Positions 57,847 through 60,465 of a stretch of 60,465 bases of DNA are shown here, piece by piece. The position numbers and the translations under genes are program-made. Each line of letters opens with the position of its first letter. Within the stretch, counting starts at the first letter, position 1. The notes beneath the pieces were generated by a model, which was given only the letters and a program-made list of their open reading frames with translations, did no database searches and was not told the origin of the DNA. Source of the stretch: a virus (taxonomy: Duplodnaviria > Caudoviricetes); IMG/VR virus record IMGVR_UViG_3300021964_009736, positions 1-60,465 of that record, one strand, 5' to 3'.

Positions 57847-58137
57847 CTATTCATTTTCTACAATTTCACCATTAGTGAGTTTGTATACTTGGAAATCATT
57901 ACAATTAAACATGTCGTTGAGTTTTTTTGCTAGATTAATAGCATGTCCCGGATTTGAAAAAGATACTTTTTTGTATTTAGGTCCGGGATAATTTGTTAAT
58001 GCATTTGCACTCTTTAGATTAAACGGTTTACCTTTGTAGAAGACTGCCCAAATTGCTTCTGCATCGAGAACTTGTTCGCTCTTGTAGGTTTTTTTGTTAA
58101 TATATTCTAATAATACATTAGGTTTGGGTCTACTCAT
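57847..58137 (-). CDS. Hypothetical protein (96 aa)
   Basis: AAGGA RBS; MSRPKP...KYKKVSFSNPGHA. Confidence 0.7.
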   Translation of the reverse strand: MSRPKPNVLLEYINKKTYKSEQVLDAEAIWAVFYKGKPFNLKSANALTNYPGPKYKKVSFSNPGHAINLAKKLNDMFNCNDFQVYKLTNGEIVENE

Positions 58138-58203
58138 ATACGTAATCCTTTATTATAAAGTACGTATATATTTATCCTTTATTGGTATTATCTACCCACA
58201 TAA

Positions 58204-58449
58204 TTACCATTTTGATCCTGCATCTACATTTACCTGTATAACTTCATTGTCAGTTGATTTGCTTTCTGCAACAAGTTTTTCAAGATCGCCCTCGAGTCTT
58301 GCCATAGTAGCACCTAATGCATAGGCTAGTGCTTTTGCTTCTGCTATATCCAGCATAACTTGTTTCGATTTACTAAAGTCTGCTGACTTAACTTTGTTAA
58401 TAAACTGTTGAATAGGAAACGTATTTAAAGGTTCATTTTGTGTTGGCAA
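58204..58449 (-). CDS. Hypothetical protein (81 aa)
   Basis: AGGAG upstream; overlaps the upstream gene end. Confidence 0.6.
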   Translation of the reverse strand: MPTQNEPLNTFPIQQFINKVKSADFSKSKQVMLDIAEAKALAYALGATMARLEGDLEKLVAESKSTDNEVIQVNVDAGSKW

Positions 58450-58903
58450 TAGATAACTCCTGTCTCATTTCTAACTCTGTATGAAACGGACCTTTAGATT
58501 GGTATCGTTCAATAGTAATAAGTTTAGGACAAAAGCTCTTAACCCAGCCTTTATCAAATTTAATAATATAATAGCCTGCACAATATAGACTTTTTGATTT
58601 ATCGCTTTTTGTAAATAATGGCAGTTTACGCTTTACATCGTACAATGCATTATATGGTGTAGTACTAGTAGGAAATCCGTGTACTACTTTATCTTGCACA
58701 GTTTCTTTAATTTCTAATTTTTCCCAATAGAAATCTTTTCCAAAGTTTTTCTTTAACTGTTTTTCGTTGTCAAAAAATCTAGTACCTAAGTTGTCAGTAA
58801 ACATAAATCTTGTGTCACTCAAACTTATAGTTCCTAGTTTTACGCCGTTTTCTTCTACAATCCAAAATCTATTATCTAAGATTTCTTTTGCATTAATTGT
58901 CAT
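58433..58903 (-). CDS. Hypothetical protein
   Basis: Likely ATG at 58903 (ATGA overlap with the exonuclease stop, GAGG RBS). Confidence 0.65.
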   Translation of the reverse strand: MTINAKEILDNRFWIVEENGVKLGTISLSDTRFMFTDNLGTRFFDNEKQLKKNFGKDFYWEKLEIKETVQDKVVHGFPTSTTPYNALYDVKRKLPLFTKSDKSKSLYCAGYYIIKFDKGWVKSFCPKLITIERYQSKGPFHTELEMRQELSIANTK

Positions 58904-59889
58904 TGTGGATACCTCGCCTGTAATGGTTCTGCATAATGTTGCACTTGATCTGAGACTCTTTGCATATCCCATTTAGCACAAAATTTTAGTAATCTTAAAC
59001 CAACTTGTGTAATCTGTTTAGGTTGATCTATAGCATCTTGTATAACATCATTGATAATTGATCTAATGTTACCAGGTTGTGCAGTCAAATCGCACAATAC
59101 TACATTTCTATTGTAATCATCTAACACCCGATGTTCAACACCTTCGTGATCTACCCAACGCTGTAACATCATGTTATTCCAGTTGTAGCCTTTTGTATCC
59201 TTATCTGCAAATGCTTCTTGTAAGCCTACTTTGTTCTTTGTGCCTTTTTTGCGTACACCAGGAAATGCAGAGAACACATTATCACTTGTATCTCCACGCA
59301 TACATTTTTCAAACAATTGATACTGAGGATGAGGAGCAGGTTTAGGTTGTCCTGTTTTCTTGTCGATTACCTCGTTACCTTTATCGTCAAAGTAACCTTC
59401 GTGTGTAATAGTTACATTTTGTATACCATTATATTGCTTTACATTAGGAGCAATAAGTTGTGCAAAGTCACCATCTGTACTAATAATAACGTGATTGTCA
59501 TTAGGGTGTGATTGTACCCAGCCTGCAATTAAATCATCTGCTTCTAGTTGCGGATGACGCATAACAGTACAGTTAGTTTTAGTATCTACAAAATCCTTAA
59601 ACTCATCAAAGATCTCCCAAAACACAGTATCTTCTTCTTGCTGTGTAGGAGTCATTGCATCACGAGTTTCTTGTCTGTTACGCTTGTATGGCTCGTAGTA
59701 GTCTTTACGCCAGCTACGTCCTTCTAAGCAAAAGACAATATGATCTGCATCAAAGTCATTCCATGCTTTCTTAATACTGTTTAATGTAATATGTAACGCC
59801 ATACCTACTTTAGTATCGATATCGCCACGCACAACATGACGAGCTCTAAAGAATGTGTTAGCAGTGTCTACAAGTATATAAGTTGCCAT
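58900..59889 (-). CDS. rnh: 5'-3' exonuclease/flap endonuclease (T4 RNase H-like)
   Basis: ILVDTAN...SWRK...YKRNR...EADDLIA...STDGDFAQL...GDTSDNV...PGV conserved acidic motifs. Confidence 0.9.
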   Translation of the reverse strand: MATYILVDTANTFFRARHVVRGDIDTKVGMALHITLNSIKKAWNDFDADHIVFCLEGRSWRKDYYEPYKRNRQETRDAMTPTQQEEDTVFWEIFDEFKDFVDTKTNCTVMRHPQLEADDLIAGWVQSHPNDNHVIISTDGDFAQLIAPNVKQYNGIQNVTITHEGYFDDKGNEVIDKKTGQPKPAPHPQYQLFEKCMRGDTSDNVFSAFPGVRKKGTKNKVGLQEAFADKDTKGYNWNNMMLQRWVDHEGVEHRVLDDYNRNVVLCDLTAQPGNIRSIINDVIQDAIDQPKQITQVGLRLLKFCAKWDMQRVSDQVQHYAEPLQARYPQ

Positions 59890-59917
59890 TCTAGTGCCTT
59901 TTCTAATTTATACTTAT

Positions 59918-59946
59918 ATAATAGTATCTTTTAGTAAGTTTGTCAA
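59918..59946 (-). promoter_or_regulatory. Sigma70-type promoter TTGACA-N17-TATTAT
   Basis: Minus strand -35 at 59941-59946 and -10 at 59918-59923, upstream of the exonuclease. Confidence 0.7.
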
Positions 59947-59949
59947 TCA

Positions 59950-60333
59950 TTAAGATACTTCTGACTTACCTTTTTCGATAGGAACAACATTAATATGACC
60001 CATTCCTCTATCGGAACTTTGTCCTTCATCTTCTAACATTTGAATAACAATAGTTCTAAACCAAGCATCAACAATTTCTTCGTTTGTTTCGCCTGAATAC
60101 CCTGCATCAAGTAGTTGCTCTATAAACTCATTATTCCAATCAAGTTCAAAGAACCCATTTCTAATATTCTCAGGATTTACTTGGGTATCTAGTACCGCTA
60201 CCCAAGGTTCGCCTGCAGCTGTAGCGGCTTCTTTTTCTGCTTCAAGTGCATCTCTGCGCATTTGTTCCGCTGTATTTTCAGTTTGATCTTCTTTTGTTTC
60301 TTGACCAAACAGTTTGTTAATAAATTTTTTCAT
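59950..60333 (-). CDS. Hypothetical protein (127 aa)
   Basis: ORF; EPWV...GFFELDWN...F...L...GY...IVDAWF motif. Confidence 0.7.
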   Translation of the reverse strand: MKKFINKLFGQETKEDQTENTAEQMRRDALEAEKEAATAAGEPWVAVLDTQVNPENIRNGFFELDWNNEFIEQLLDAGYSGETNEEIVDAWFRTIVIQMLEDEGQSSDRGMGHINVVPIEKGKSEVS

Positions 60334-60428
60334 TATAATCCACTCTTTCTAATCTTGTCTAAATCGATTTTAGCCTTCATAGCATTTTCGTGTTTTGCAT
60401 TGATGTATTCATCAAGTTCCCCAGGCAT
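60333..60428 (-). CDS. Possible small protein (31 aa, MPGELDEYINAKHENAMKAKIDLDKIRKSGL)
   Basis: Not in the ORF track; fills the gap, starts inside the upstream gene end and stops in a TAATG overlap with the next start. Confidence 0.4.
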   Translation of the reverse strand: MPGELDEYINAKHENAMKAKIDLDKIRKSGL

Positions 60429-60465
60429 TTCCGAATAGGCTGATGTGGAGTCTTGGTGTGAACCT
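60412..60465 (-). CDS. queE: C-terminal end of a probable 7-carboxy-7-deazaguanine synthase (QueE-like radical SAM), partial
   Basis: Minus-strand frame from the window end reads RFTPRLHISLFGNAWGT-stop, matching the QueE C-terminal R-x-x-P/x-R/Q-L-H pattern; only 17 residues are visible. Confidence 0.55.
   Translation of the reverse strand, partial: RFTPRLHISLFGNAWGT

Noticed and set aside
4762-59511. Numerous short antisense or alternate-frame ORFs (60-190 aa), e.g. 24564..25043 and 52468..53028
   Set aside because: They lie entirely within longer motif-bearing genes, lack RBS or motifs, and look like shadow ORFs.
1-60465. Stop-codon reassignment, CRISPR arrays, tRNAs, introns or inteins
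   Set aside because: Code 11 gives near-complete coding density with TAA, TAG and TGA all used as stops; intergenic gaps are under about 110 nt with no repeat-spacer or cloverleaf pattern; no intein or homing-endonuclease motifs noticed.

Overview
AT-rich, densely coding fragment of a large (jumbo-type, T4-like myovirus architecture) tailed phage genome, standard genetic code; no rRNA, tRNA, CRISPR or mobile element seen. Three zones. (1) 1-20998 (+): virion module with a giant, 5'-truncated (>4560 aa) baseplate/tail protein, a small structural protein, three paralogous tail-fibre proteins and one more structural protein. (2) About 21.0-51.9 kb: a ~31 kb enzyme island in six alternating-strand blocks with about 5 glycosyltransferase-like genes, a UDP-glucose/GDP-mannose dehydrogenase, 9 radical SAM enzymes with twitch/SPASM-like Cys motifs, 7 Fe(II)/2OG-type oxygenases, a flavin-dependent (tryptophan-type) halogenase, a methyltransferase, an SDR, an SGNH hydrolase, a small kinase-fold protein, two 8-repeat beta-propellers, a truncated adenylate-forming enzyme and a GNAT, closed by another tail-fibre-like gene. 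(3) 53.4-60.5 kb (-): hypothetical genes, a MoxR-type AAA+ ATPase with a metallopeptidase-VWA partner, a 5'-3' exonuclease (T4 RNase H-like) and the 3' end of a probable QueE. The best candidate for an undescribed system is the enzyme island, which looks like a phage-encoded biosynthetic/tailoring pathway, most plausibly decorating virion proteins with a heavily modified glycan or other post-translational chemistry. All functional calls come from motifs read by eye, not from database searches.
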